Source: a virus
DNA length: 64,000 nt
Strand: one strand, 5' to 3'
Virus record (IMG/VR): IMGVR_UViG_3300050151_000086
Span: 1,575 to 65,574 of that record
Each line of letters opens with the position of its first letter. Positions within the stretch are counted from its first letter, which is position 1. The position numbers and the translations under genes were made by a program. Of the stretch, positions 9,382 through 18,649 are shown piece by piece. The notes beneath the pieces were generated by a model. The model saw only the letters and a list, made by a program, of their open reading frames with translations. It ran no database searches and had not been told where the DNA came from.

Positions 9382-10728
9382 ATGGCAAAGATTACCACCC
9401 GCGCCGGCTTGAATGTCGGCACCGAATTGACCGTCGATGAGACGACCAAGACATTCACACTGAACGTGGCAGGCAGCCTTGTCGCCAAGGATGGTGTGAC
9501 GCTACAGGCGCTCTACTCGAAGTTCGTCGAGCTGTGGGCGACGGCGAGCTACCAAGACAGTCCGTTCCCCATGTACGCGATTGACGCGCTGAGCGGCCAG
9601 TTCCAATTCGGCACCGACGGTGCGACTTACTCTGGCTGGAAGCCTGCCGACGACGCCACGCGCCAGAAGTTGCGCGACGGTGGCTGGTCCGAGTACAGCT
9701 CGGCTGGCGTCCTGAACCGGCAGTATGTCGGCATCGTGGGCCTGGGTGTCGTGTCATCTGCTGCGCAGCTCTACTACCAGGCTGACCCTGCTGATGCGCC
9801 GACGAATTTCACGTTCAGTGATCAGGCCAACCAGGGCATCCAGGTCTACGGTGACGCGACGAACGGCTCATTCGACAAGCGGGTCTACTTCAAGGGCTTC
9901 GTGCGTGAGTACGGCCAGAAGTACAAAGACTCGGTCCTTGCTGACACCGGCAAGCTGGCGACGGGCGCCTACATCGTCAACCTGCTGCTGTCGAATGAGG
10001 CCGACCTGAAGATTCAGGCCAATGACGCAGCCATGTCGGGTGCGCCTTACAGCGGCATCACGATCACCTACAGCGCGACGAACGTGAACCGCTTGATCGG
10101 CGGCACCAACTACCCCTTCCGCGTCATCATTGCCGGCAATGGTGCGACCCTGGAGCAAATCTACACCAAGGTGCAGTACCTGTTGCGCCAGTCGACCGAC
10201 GTTGACTCCGGTGTTGGCACGGTGATCGGTAAGACGGCGGCTGCGCTGTTGGCCTTCACCGGCGACAACCTCGTGACCAGCACGGGTGTCTACATCGACA
10301 ACATGTTGGCAGCCGACAGCAACCGCGTCACGTTCACCGATCAAAACGCTGTGGCACGGACCAACCCCTACACGGCAGCCGGCATCATCACTGCCAACAC
10401 GCCGCTGGTGGGAACGGGTTCGAGCTACCGCCTGATGTTCGAGACGCTGCCGGGCGCGAACAACGACTACGGCGAGTCCGGTGCCGTCACGGTCAACGAC
10501 GCGGCCGGCACGCCGATCACTGGCGTCATCACCAGCGCGAGCATTGCGTTCACGTTCGACTATGACGCCAACGTGCAGGGTGGCCGTACTGCTGCCACTG
10601 ACGCGGCTGTTGTGCTGGTGGGCATCAAGCCTGGCACGGGTAAGTTCGTGGTGGCACGCGGCACCCTGACCCGCAGCAAAGCAATCGTGCTGGCGCTGGT
10701 GGCCGAGCAGGACCGCGCCTACGTCTGA
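9382..10728 (+). CDS. Putative virion structural protein, 448 aa
   Basis: RBS GAGGAA, strongly biased phage codon usage, beta-rich composition. Confidence 0.65.
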   Translation: MAKITTRAGLNVGTELTVDETTKTFTLNVAGSLVAKDGVTLQALYSKFVELWATASYQDSPFPMYAIDALSGQFQFGTDGATYSGWKPADDATRQKLRDGGWSEYSSAGVLNRQYVGIVGLGVVSSAAQLYYQADPADAPTNFTFSDQANQGIQVYGDATNGSFDKRVYFKGFVREYGQKYKDSVLADTGKLATGAYIVNLLLSNEADLKIQANDAAMSGAPYSGITITYSATNVNRLIGGTNYPFRVIIAGNGATLEQIYTKVQYLLRQSTDVDSGVGTVIGKTAAALLAFTGDNLVTSTGVYIDNMLAADSNRVTFTDQNAVARTNPYTAAGIITANTPLVGTGSSYRLMFETLPGANNDYGESGAVTVNDAAGTPITGVITSASIAFTFDYDANVQGGRTAATDAAVVLVGIKPGTGKFVVARGTLTRSKAIVLALVAEQDRAYV

Positions 10729-10733
10729 CCCAG

Positions 10734-11162
10734 GTGGCGATCACCTTCGACCCCGCCGCGAGGCGGGTCATCCTCGACAGCGCAGCGGCGTCAGCCAGCG
10801 AGATTTGGTCTCGCTGGACTGACTGGGCTACGCAGGGTGACAACCTCAAGCACCCACCCGCGATGCGACAGCTTGGCGGGGATTCGCTTGGTGGCAGTCT
10901 GCTCGTGCCCATCTACATCTTCCTGCTTAACGGCTGGCGTGTACGGCCTATGGAGTCGAACCACACACTGTCAATCGTTGGAAACTTGTTCGTCGAGGAG
11001 GGTGGGTCACCTGTTGTCAACACCATCGGGGCGTTCAATGTCTCGACCACACTGACTGTCCCCGTTCAGGCCCAGGGGTACAACACGGGTGGGTCGGCCG
11101 CACTGAGTCCGTCTGACATAGCCGCCATTGCGGCAGCCGTCTGGAACAAGGTACTCCCTTGA
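10734..11162 (+). CDS. Putative virion structural protein
   Basis: 142 aa, operon context (MAITFDPAARRVIL...). Confidence 0.6.
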   Translation: MAITFDPAARRVILDSAAASASEIWSRWTDWATQGDNLKHPPAMRQLGGDSLGGSLLVPIYIFLLNGWRVRPMESNHTLSIVGNLFVEEGGSPVVNTIGAFNVSTTLTVPVQAQGYNTGGSAALSPSDIAAIAAAVWNKVLP

Positions 11163-11737
11163 ACTTCGGGGAGCGCCTCGCGTCGCTCAGTGGGCTGACG
11201 GGTGTCAGCGCTGCTACCCATCTGCGGAGATTGGTTGGTGTTGGTGGCACAGCCGGGGCGATGCTCCTGACTTACTCCGGCCTGGTCAGTGGCACGGCGA
11301 CACAGCACATCCTGGCGGCACACGCAGCACTCAGCGGTGTGGTCCTCGACCAGGTGTTTGTTCACCGCGCAGAGACCGACTCCACCGTGGCCCTCTACGC
11401 GCCACGGACGTTTATCAGGAGTGTTGCCGACCTGTTGTTCACTCAACGAGATCAGCCGATGGCCTGGGCCTGGACGGAGCGCAACGAGGCGCACGCCGTG
11501 CGAGCCTATGCAGGACTCGCTGCGGTGAGGCCCACTCAGGGGGTCAGCCCAACCCGGGATGAGCTACGGGTGTTCGCCTCAATGCAGACGACTGCTGCAC
11601 ACCATTGGAGGCAGTTGCAGTGGTGCCCAGTGGTGAGCATAGCTACCAGCGCAACGCCAGTCATTGCGTACTACCAGTCAACTCTGACAGAATCGCGCCA
11701 AAGGAACGAGCTATTCGTTCGTGGAGAAATGCAATGA
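11159..11737 (+). CDS. Hypothetical protein
   Basis: 192 aa, overlaps both neighbours by 4 nt. Confidence 0.55.
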   Translation: MNFGERLASLSGLTGVSAATHLRRLVGVGGTAGAMLLTYSGLVSGTATQHILAAHAALSGVVLDQVFVHRAETDSTVALYAPRTFIRSVADLLFTQRDQPMAWAWTERNEAHAVRAYAGLAAVRPTQGVSPTRDELRVFASMQTTAAHHWRQLQWCPVVSIATSATPVIAYYQSTLTESRQRNELFVRGEMQ

Positions 11738-13278
11738 AAAACCCGTTCAGTGGTCTGTTCAGCAGGACTGAGATCAGCGCCGCCAGTCAGTTCCCCTCAC
11801 CGCCGCCTCCCAAGGTCTCCAACAAGCAGCAGTCCTTCCCGTCGTATTTGACGACAGCGAAGCCGAGCCCAGACTCACTCCTGCTGATCAAGGACCGACA
11901 GCTTGCCAATACTGACATCACGACCCTACGTACTGGCATCGACAGTCGCCAGGTCGTCCGTGACTTTGTTCGTGCCAGCCCTGACCTCAGCGCTGCGGTG
12001 CAGGCCTACGTCCGCACGGGCATCACCAGTGGTTTCACGGCAGTCGCCAAGAGCCTTGACGGCGCGTTCGACCCTGAGGGCACAGCCGCCCTTGCCCAAA
12101 TCATCACCCGCTTCAACGTCCTCAATGACTACCAGATCGGCTTTGATGATGCCCCGTCGATCCGAAGCCTGAGCGAGACCTGGGCACGCGAGATTCTGAT
12201 GACTGGCGCGATGGCCGGCGAGCTGGTACTCGACAAGGCCCGCTTGCCAGACAAGCTCCAGCCGATCAGTGTGAGCCAGATCAAGTTCTATCCGAGCAAG
12301 GATGGCAAGAAGCTGATCCCGGTGCAGCGCCTGGCTGGCGAGGAGGTCGACCTCGACATCCCGACATTCTTCATGGTCACCTTGGATCAGGACACGCTGG
12401 AGACGTACCCAGTTTCGCCGCTGGAGCCGGCCATCCAGGCAGTCATCTTCGCAGCCGAGTTCATGAATGACATCCGCCGCATTGTGAAGAAGGCCATCCA
12501 TCCTCGTGTGGTTGTGACCATAGACGAAGAGAAGTTCCTGAAGGGCCTTCCTCCTGATGTGAGGCAGGATCAGGACAAGTTGAACGCCCACATGGCGAAC
12601 GTGCTTTCCTCTCTGGAGAGCAAGATCAACGACCTGTCGCCCGAGGATGTCCTCGTCATCTTCGACACGATTGGTGTGGAGGTCACCGACCACGGAAACA
12701 CTAACCTGAGCAACGAGTACAAGGTCATCCAAGACCTTGTCAACGCCAAGATGGCGACAGGTGCGAAGGTGCTGCCAACTGTGTTGGGCCACTCGAATGG
12801 CACGTCGAACACAGCCAGCGCTGAGGTCTTGATCTTCATGAAGTACGTGGAGGGTACGGTCTGGGCCAAGCTCAACGAGATGTTCAGCAAGATGCTGACC
12901 CTCGCGCTGCGCCTGCTGGGTCACGACTGCTACGTCGAGTTCGCGTACAACCAGATCGACCTGAGGCCCGACAGCGAGCTTGAGGCCTTCCGTGCCATGA
13001 AGCAGAGTCGCTACCTGGAGCTGCTGAGCCTGGGCATGATCGGCGACGAGGAGTGCAGCGTCGCCCTGACGGGCCACCTACCGCGTGACGGCTATACGCC
13101 ACTTGCGGGCACTGGCTTCCGGCCGGGTACATCAGTTCAGCCGGCCGGTGATGGGTTCAATGGGGCATCCAATGGCGGCAGCACCATGAACCAGAACCTG
13201 AACTCGACAGCGCCCAAGGGAGCCAAGTCACAGAACATGAGGTCAAAGGCGGAAGTCACCGCCTTGAGTCCGACCTAA
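11734..13278 (+). CDS. Portal protein
   Basis: About 514 aa from ATG 11734 (RBS GGAG, ATGA overlap); position before protease and capsid; helical fold pattern. Confidence 0.8.
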   Translation: MKNPFSGLFSRTEISAASQFPSPPPPKVSNKQQSFPSYLTTAKPSPDSLLLIKDRQLANTDITTLRTGIDSRQVVRDFVRASPDLSAAVQAYVRTGITSGFTAVAKSLDGAFDPEGTAALAQIITRFNVLNDYQIGFDDAPSIRSLSETWAREILMTGAMAGELVLDKARLPDKLQPISVSQIKFYPSKDGKKLIPVQRLAGEEVDLDIPTFFMVTLDQDTLETYPVSPLEPAIQAVIFAAEFMNDIRRIVKKAIHPRVVVTIDEEKFLKGLPPDVRQDQDKLNAHMANVLSSLESKINDLSPEDVLVIFDTIGVEVTDHGNTNLSNEYKVIQDLVNAKMATGAKVLPTVLGHSNGTSNTASAEVLIFMKYVEGTVWAKLNEMFSKMLTLALRLLGHDCYVEFAYNQIDLRPDSELEAFRAMKQSRYLELLSLGMIGDEECSVALTGHLPRDGYTPLAGTGFRPGTSVQPAGDGFNGASNGGSTMNQNLNSTAPKGAKSQNMRSKAEVTALSPT

Positions 13279-13326
13279 GTCAACCCCAATACTTTGCCGG
13301 TGAACCGGCGCAACTGAGCACCAACC

Positions 13327-13467
13327 ATGACCAAAGACGAACTGATGGCCGCCATTGACAATTTCTTCGGCGACACGAGCCGCCCGGCCAGCGAGACGAA
13401 AGAAACACTTGCAGAGATTGCGGACCATGCCGCGATGCTGGCCGAGAGCATTGCGGACGACGACTAA
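13327..13467 (+). CDS. 46-aa acidic hypothetical protein (not in ORF track)
   Basis: Hand translation MTKDELMAAIDNFFGDTSRPASETKETLAEIADHAAMLAESIADDD. Confidence 0.6.
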   Translation: MTKDELMAAIDNFFGDTSRPASETKETLAEIADHAAMLAESIADDD

Positions 13468-13490
13468 TTCCCAGCCCCCAGAGGTGACCC

Positions 13491-13799
13491 ATGACATACA
13501 CCGTGACTGAGACCCGCACCTGGCAGCCGTCGCTCACGCCTGCAGATGCTGCACATCTGCAGGCCCTCGGACTCGCGGGCTCGTGCATCAAGGGCAACCC
13601 GTGGATGGCGCACCTGAAAGTGCCGGGCGAGAGAGCCGCGCTCTGCGGCAAAGAACCCGGAGGCTCTGGGCGTGCCAGGCGCATGGTGGATCGTCGCGGG
13701 TGGCTGGTCTACAAGACCTTCGAGGCACCGGGGCGCCAGCCCTGCGAAGCCTGCCTGAAAGCAGCCGAGATCTTCAAGGCGCCGGCAATCCCGGCCTGA
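13491..13799 (+). CDS. Hypothetical protein, possible Zn-binding
   Basis: AHL...ALCG...PCEAC motif; RBS GAGGT. Confidence 0.65.
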   Translation: MTYTVTETRTWQPSLTPADAAHLQALGLAGSCIKGNPWMAHLKVPGERAALCGKEPGGSGRARRMVDRRGWLVYKTFEAPGRQPCEACLKAAEIFKAPAIPA

Positions 13800-14043
13800 T
13801 TTCCCATCCCCTGCCGGTGCCCATGACATGGCCAATCAATCTAACCTGATACGAGCTCTGCGCGACATGCACGCACGCGGGCAATGTCGGGTGCGCGGCA
13901 GCTCTGTTGCCGCCGCGCTGTGGCCCGGCCAGCGCACTCATAACGCAAAGGGCCAGGTTTTCCCGGCTCTGCGGAATAACGTGTGGAAAGCTGCATGATG
14001 TAGCATAATCAAATACCTGATTTTCGCGTGGAAAGGAGCGGTC

Positions 14044-14352
14044 ATGGCGCTGAGCGGATTTGTGTCGAGAGAGGACCGGGCCACTCGGCTGGTGATGACC
14101 AAACAGGGCTTTGTCACGGCGGTCAGACGCGCGCCACAGGACTACGACGTTTTTATGGAAGGCGTGAGATTGGGCCGTGCTGTAAAGTTCAAACACTGGT
14201 ATCCCGAGGTTGCCGGCGACAAGCGGTTGATGTGGCAGTACGGCGATGGGTCTCGGTTCCCACAAAGCACGCGACAGGCGGCTATCGAGTGGGTCGTCAA
14301 ACACCACGTGCGCACGGTGGCCTGCGCCGAACCGCACGGGGCGCTGGCATAG
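14044..14352 (+). CDS. Hypothetical protein
   Basis: Strong RBS AAAGGAG. Confidence 0.65.
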   Translation: MALSGFVSREDRATRLVMTKQGFVTAVRRAPQDYDVFMEGVRLGRAVKFKHWYPEVAGDKRLMWQYGDGSRFPQSTRQAAIEWVVKHHVRTVACAEPHGALA

Positions 14353-14456
14353 CCGGTCGCATGCTCAAGGCGTGCAAGGCAGTGCGCGAGGTGAGCCCAG
14401 GCGAGTACGAAATCCTCACCCACCGGTTGGGCTGATCCCAGCCCCCAGGGGTACAT

Positions 14457-14669
14457 ATGGGATTCATCAAACGCCAAATTCGTCGCTGGTGCGGCTACGA
14501 TGACCTGCTGGCCGAGTATGGTCGGCTGGCGCGGGCAGTGGCGGCAATGGTCGACTCAGTACCCGCACCGCCGCTGCCAGGCCCACCTAGAAGGCGCACC
14601 CCACACTGTTGGCGTGACACGTCTCCGACCCCACCGAAGATTAGCCCAAAGCGTGACACAATCGCGTGA
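14457..14669 (+). CDS. Hypothetical protein, 70 aa
   Basis: Follows motif copy 3; RBS GGGGT. Confidence 0.45.
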   Translation: MGFIKRQIRRWCGYDDLLAEYGRLARAVAAMVDSVPAPPLPGPPRRRTPHCWRDTSPTPPKISPKRDTIA

Positions 14670-14680
14670 AAGGAAATAGC

Positions 14681-16156
14681 ATGGCAGACCACAAGTACCA
14701 ACTTCCCGACACGCTTTGGGCCGGCAACGAGCAGTCCTTCGAGCTTGCCAGCGCGACCTACTCGGCCGTGATGGAGTCGATCCAGGCCGGGATCATGCAG
14801 TCCACCTCGCAACCTGAAGAGCCGAAGCAGTCTTTCCTGCTCTCGAACGTCGGGAGCGTCGGCGTCATCACTATCCGTGGCAGCTTGACGAACTCGGACT
14901 CGCCGTACTACCAGTACTACTCCGACCGGATCACCTCCTACGCCGAGATTCGCCGTGCGCTGATCCAGGCGGCGCAGGACCCAGCCGTCAAGACCATCGT
15001 GATGGACATCGGCAGCGGCGGCGGCGCCGTGGCCGGCATCTCGGATGTTGGAGCCCTGATCAAACAGGTCAATGGCATCAAGAGCGTGTACGCATTCACC
15101 GACTCGTTCATGGCCTCGGCCGCGTACTGGCTCGGCTCATCGGCCTCGAAGGTATTCACCTCGGACACGGCCATCATGGGCTCCATTGGGGTGATCGCCA
15201 CCCACATGGAGTATTCCAAGGCCATGAAGGAGGCAGGTGTTGGTGTGACTGTCCTGCGGGCCGGCGAATTCAAAGCCTTGGTGAACTCGAACGAACCACT
15301 GACCGAGGAGGCCAAGACCCAGTTCCAGGCTCAGCTCAACCAGGCCTATGACCTGTTCACCGCCCACGTTGCCGACGCACGCGGTGAGACGGTGGACCAC
15401 GTCAACAAGGTCATGGCTCAAGGTCGTGAGTTCTTCGGGGCGGCGGCAGTGACCGCTGGCCTCGCAGATGCGGTCACCAGCTTCGACAAGCTCATCAGCA
15501 AGATTCAGTCCAAGAATCAGTCGAAAGCCGTTGACAATACAAGCTACCCAAATCACAATTCTGTCAATCTCAAAACGGGAATGTCCTCCATGAAGACTGT
15601 CTTGACCGACCAGGACATCGCAGCCATCGCTGCCGGTGCCAGCACTCAGACTGCAGCGGCCGATGCTGCTGCGGCTGCCACGGCGGCTGCCACGGCGGCT
15701 GCCACGGCGGCTGCCACTGCGGCTGCTGCAGCCGTGACCACCACCACTGCGGCTGCCGCTCCGGTTGTGACGGAAGTTGTGGAAAAGAACGACGGCGCCC
15801 AGCTCGTCAGCTACCTGACCGGCCAGGTCACCGAGAAGTCGGCCGACAACGTCCGCCTGCAGATCGAGTTGAAGGCTGCCAACGACAAGCTCGCCGAAGT
15901 CGGCGCTTCACACGCCGGCCTGGTCAAGATCGCTGCCGCATCGGTACGCAACATGAAGGTCGCTCTGGGCCACTCGGCCAGCGACTTCAGCGCCATGGGT
16001 GCCACGGCCCTGCTTGCTGAGCACGAGGCCACCAGCGCCCAGTTCACCGCCTCCTTCAAGAGCGGCGGTGTCGCGGCTGTGACTGAGGCTGCCAAGCCGA
16101 AGCCGGCCCATTCGCACGCGGCACAAGCAGCAGCCATTGCTGCCACCCGTTTCTAA
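14681..16156 (+). CDS. S49 family prohead protease with C-terminal scaffold domain
   Basis: DIGSGGG, ASAAYWLGS, GSIGV, GEFK S49 motifs; Ala/Thr-rich linker then helical scaffold; RBS AAAGGA. Confidence 0.9.
   Translation: MADHKYQLPDTLWAGNEQSFELASATYSAVMESIQAGIMQSTSQPEEPKQSFLLSNVGSVGVITIRGSLTNSDSPYYQYYSDRITSYAEIRRALIQAAQDPAVKTIVMDIGSGGGAVAGISDVGALIKQVNGIKSVYAFTDSFMASAAYWLGSSASKVFTSDTAIMGSIGVIATHMEYSKAMKEAGVGVTVLRAGEFKALVNSNEPLTEEAKTQFQAQLNQAYDLFTAHVADARGETVDHVNKVMAQGREFFGAAAVTAGLADAVTSFDKLISKIQSKNQSKAVDNTSYPNHNSVNLKTGMSSMKTVLTDQDIAAIAAGASTQTAAADAAAAATAAATAAATAAATAAAAAVTTTTAAAAPVVTEVVEKNDGAQLVSYLTGQVTEKSADNVRLQIELKAANDKLAEVGASHAGLVKIAAASVRNMKVALGHSASDFSAMGATALLAEHEATSAQFTASFKSGGVAAVTEAAKPKPAHSHAAQAAAIAATRF
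15531..15559 (+). promoter_or_regulatory. Internal sigma70-like promoter TTGACA-N17-CACAAT inside the protease gene
   Basis: AT-rich patch just before in-frame ATGs at 15581/15590. Confidence 0.5.
15671..15730 (+). repeat. 12-bp tandem repeat GCGGCTGCCACG (AAT-A linker), about 5 units
   Basis: Direct reading of sequence. Confidence 0.9.
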
Positions 16157-16171
16157 ATCGAGGAGCAAGAA

Positions 16172-16648
16172 ATGCCCAAGTTCATCTTCACCGAGCTGGT
16201 GGATGTCGAAGAAGTCATGACCGTGCGCCTCGGCGCCGGCACTGGCACCGCCAACAACTACAGCGACAAGGAAGTCGCCAAGTTCGTCAAGCAGGTTGCT
16301 GAGTCGCGCTACGCCTTGTCTGTGGTTGGCGATGAGATCGAGGGTCGCATCACCTCCATTGAGACCGCGACGCAGGACGGCTACACCATCGGTGGCGTCT
16401 GCCCCGAGTCGCGCTTTGAATGCACCTTCGACGGCCTGCAAGGCACCCCCGGCACTGGCGTGCTCGCCATCGGTGATTACGTGGTGACCGGCACCCCTGT
16501 CGCCAAGGACACCGCTCTGACGGTGCCGGCCCGTGTCTGCAAGGCCACGGCTGCTGGCAGTGCTATGAACTTCAAGTGGCGTGTCGTTTCGCTCGGCAGC
16601 GCGGGCACTGGCGCCGTGGGCACCACGGGCTTGATCGACCGCGTCTGA
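16172..16648 (+). CDS. Head decoration / capsid cement protein
   Basis: 158 aa between scaffold and MCP, strong RBS GAGGAG, highly biased codons. Confidence 0.7.
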   Translation: MPKFIFTELVDVEEVMTVRLGAGTGTANNYSDKEVAKFVKQVAESRYALSVVGDEIEGRITSIETATQDGYTIGGVCPESRFECTFDGLQGTPGTGVLAIGDYVVTGTPVAKDTALTVPARVCKATAAGSAMNFKWRVVSLGSAGTGAVGTTGLIDRV

Positions 16649-16667
16649 GAACAAGGAGAACTCTGAA

Positions 16668-17843
16668 ATGACTGGCTTCATCGACCAAAACGGCGCACGC
16701 GCTCAACTCGACATCCACGTCGGCATGTACGCCGAGGCGGCTGACCGTGGCATGACCTTGCCGCAGTACATCAACCTGACCTACCCGACCCAGTCGCCCG
16801 ACAAGGACGGCACCACCTTCCAGCAGCTCATGGCCGCTGAAGGCATCTCGGTCAAGGCCAACCGCGAGTACGGCATCCGCCCCTCGACGATGGACCAAGT
16901 CCTGAACGGCACCAAGATGGAAGCCGGCGTGGTCGTGAAGGACGGCATCCCGACCTCGCGCATCCTGTTCCCGGCTGTGTTCTTGCTGGCCGTCGAAGAC
17001 AAGTTGGTCGCCAACCTGGATATCAACGCCACCGCTTTCGACAAGCTGGTTGCGGTGGACGAGTCGATCAGCCAGGAACGCTACGAGCAGCCGGTGATCA
17101 ACATGAGCAAGCCTGAAGCGGCTCGCGCCATGGGCATCGCTCAGTTGGCGGCGCCGGCTTCGATGCTGACGATCACCACGCTGGACAAGGCCTACCGCAT
17201 CCCGACGTGGTCCATCGGTATGGAGATCAGTGACCAGGCCGTCAAGTCGACGACCCTGGACATCGTCGCCATGGCCTTGGCCCGTCAGGTGGCCGTGCAG
17301 CGCAATGAGCGTGCCCAGAACTACCTGCTGGCCCTGCTGAACGGCGACATCGACAACGCCGATGGCAGCTTGGCCTCGCTGAGCTTGTTCGACAACTCCT
17401 CGGCCTTCGACGCGGCTGCCACGGGTGGTGTGCTGACCCAGAAGGCCTGGATGAAGTACCTGATGAAGAACGGCACGAAGCGCACGATCACGCACATCGT
17501 GACCGACATCGACACCGCGATGAAGATCGAAGGTCGCACCGGCAAGCCGACCGTCATGCAGAACGACGGCACCACCAACCGCTTCGACACGCAGTTCTCG
17601 GTGATGAATCCGACCTGGGCCAAGAACCCGGAAGTGTTCCTGACCGACATCGCTTCGTGGCCGGCGAACACCATGATGGGCTTCGACCGCAACTGGGCGA
17701 TCCGCCGCGTGCGCAACCTGTCGGCGCAATACCAGGCCATCGAAGCCTACGTGATGCGCCGCAGCACGGCCATGCGTTTCGACTTCGGCGAGCACGTCAA
17801 CCGCCTGTTCACCGATGCCTACGGCGGCATGGTCCTGGCGTAA
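16668..17843 (+). CDS. Major capsid protein
   Basis: 391 aa, RBS AAGGAG, highly biased codons, position after protease, followed by a terminator. Confidence 0.88.
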   Translation: MTGFIDQNGARAQLDIHVGMYAEAADRGMTLPQYINLTYPTQSPDKDGTTFQQLMAAEGISVKANREYGIRPSTMDQVLNGTKMEAGVVVKDGIPTSRILFPAVFLLAVEDKLVANLDINATAFDKLVAVDESISQERYEQPVINMSKPEAARAMGIAQLAAPASMLTITTLDKAYRIPTWSIGMEISDQAVKSTTLDIVAMALARQVAVQRNERAQNYLLALLNGDIDNADGSLASLSLFDNSSAFDAAATGGVLTQKAWMKYLMKNGTKRTITHIVTDIDTAMKIEGRTGKPTVMQNDGTTNRFDTQFSVMNPTWAKNPEVFLTDIASWPANTMMGFDRNWAIRRVRNLSAQYQAIEAYVMRRSTAMRFDFGEHVNRLFTDAYGGMVLA

Positions 17844-17863
17844 TCCAGGCAGCACCAGACAAG

Positions 17864-17887
17864 AGGCCCTCCGGGGCCTTTTGCTTT
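17864..17887 (+). terminator. Rho-independent terminator
   Basis: AGGCCC-TCCG-GGGCCT-TTTGCTTT. Confidence 0.8.
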
Positions 17888-17948
17888 ATGTGCAGCCTAT
17901 TTTGTGGTAATGTCACGCTTGACCTTCCACCACCCACAGGAGAACACC

Positions 17949-18143
17949 ATGGCAACCGCCAAACCCGAAGTCGTCGAACAAGCCCCCGAAGTGAAGCGCG
18001 TGCGCGTCAAGGCAGTCCATGGCGACATTGTTCACGCCTTCACGGCACAGCGCTTCACGACCACGGACGAAGACAAGACCGACCTCGACACCTGGGTTCA
18101 AATCCAGCTCGACGCCGGTAAGCTCGAACTGGTCAAGGACTGA
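17949..18143 (+). CDS. Small hypothetical head-associated protein
   Basis: RBS CAGGAG; 64 aa. Confidence 0.7.
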   Translation: MATAKPEVVEQAPEVKRVRVKAVHGDIVHAFTAQRFTTTDEDKTDLDTWVQIQLDAGKLELVKD

Positions 18144-18152
18144 GTCTGAAGC

Positions 18153-18647
18153 ATGGCCCTGACTGATTACACAACCTTCGACGACGTGCGTGCCGCTCTC
18201 GGCGTATCTTCTGAGGAGCTTGAAGACGCCACGCTCTCGTTGGACGTTTATGGGTTCAGTCTGCTGGCCGAGCTGGAGGAGATGACACCATCACCTCTGG
18301 ATGCCTACCTGGCGATCAAGGACTCCGACCTTGAGACCCTGGGGACCAACGAGTCACGCTTCTTCCGCGCAACTCGTTTGTTCGCCACCTATTCAATTGC
18401 CCGTCAGCTCCTGCCCTCGTTGCCCATGCTGGCTCCGAAGGAGTTGAGCGACGGCAAGGCCACGATGGTCCGCTTCCCATCTGACCCCTACAAGGAGACA
18501 GGCAAGCGTGTCGAGTCGCAGTATGAGACGGCCAAGAACCGGCTCAGAGATGCCTTCTCAGCGTTGAGCGCTACGACCAGTGCCTCGCAGTACCGGACCT
18601 ACTTCACCACTGTTGCTTCCAGCAGCGACCCAGTGACGGGCACCTGA
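18153..18647 (+). CDS. Putative head-tail adaptor
   Basis: YTTFDDVRAALGVS N-terminus typical of gp6/gp15-like adaptors; synteny. Confidence 0.6.
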   Translation: MALTDYTTFDDVRAALGVSSEELEDATLSLDVYGFSLLAELEEMTPSPLDAYLAIKDSDLETLGTNESRFFRATRLFATYSIARQLLPSLPMLAPKELSDGKATMVRFPSDPYKETGKRVESQYETAKNRLRDAFSALSATTSASQYRTYFTTVASSSDPVTGT

Positions 18648-18649
18648 CT

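Larger units (their letters stand above)
13468..14459 (+). repeat. Three copies of an intergenic motif TCCCA(G/T)CCCC..GGT..CATG (13468-13493, 13801-13825, 14436-14459)
   Basis: Copies 1 and 3 share TCCCAGCCCCCAG exactly; each lies between a stop codon and an ATG. Confidence 0.7.

Noticed and set aside
13991-14006. LexA SOS box (CTGCATGATGTAGCAT)
   Set aside because: Deviates from CTGT-N8-ACAG at key positions
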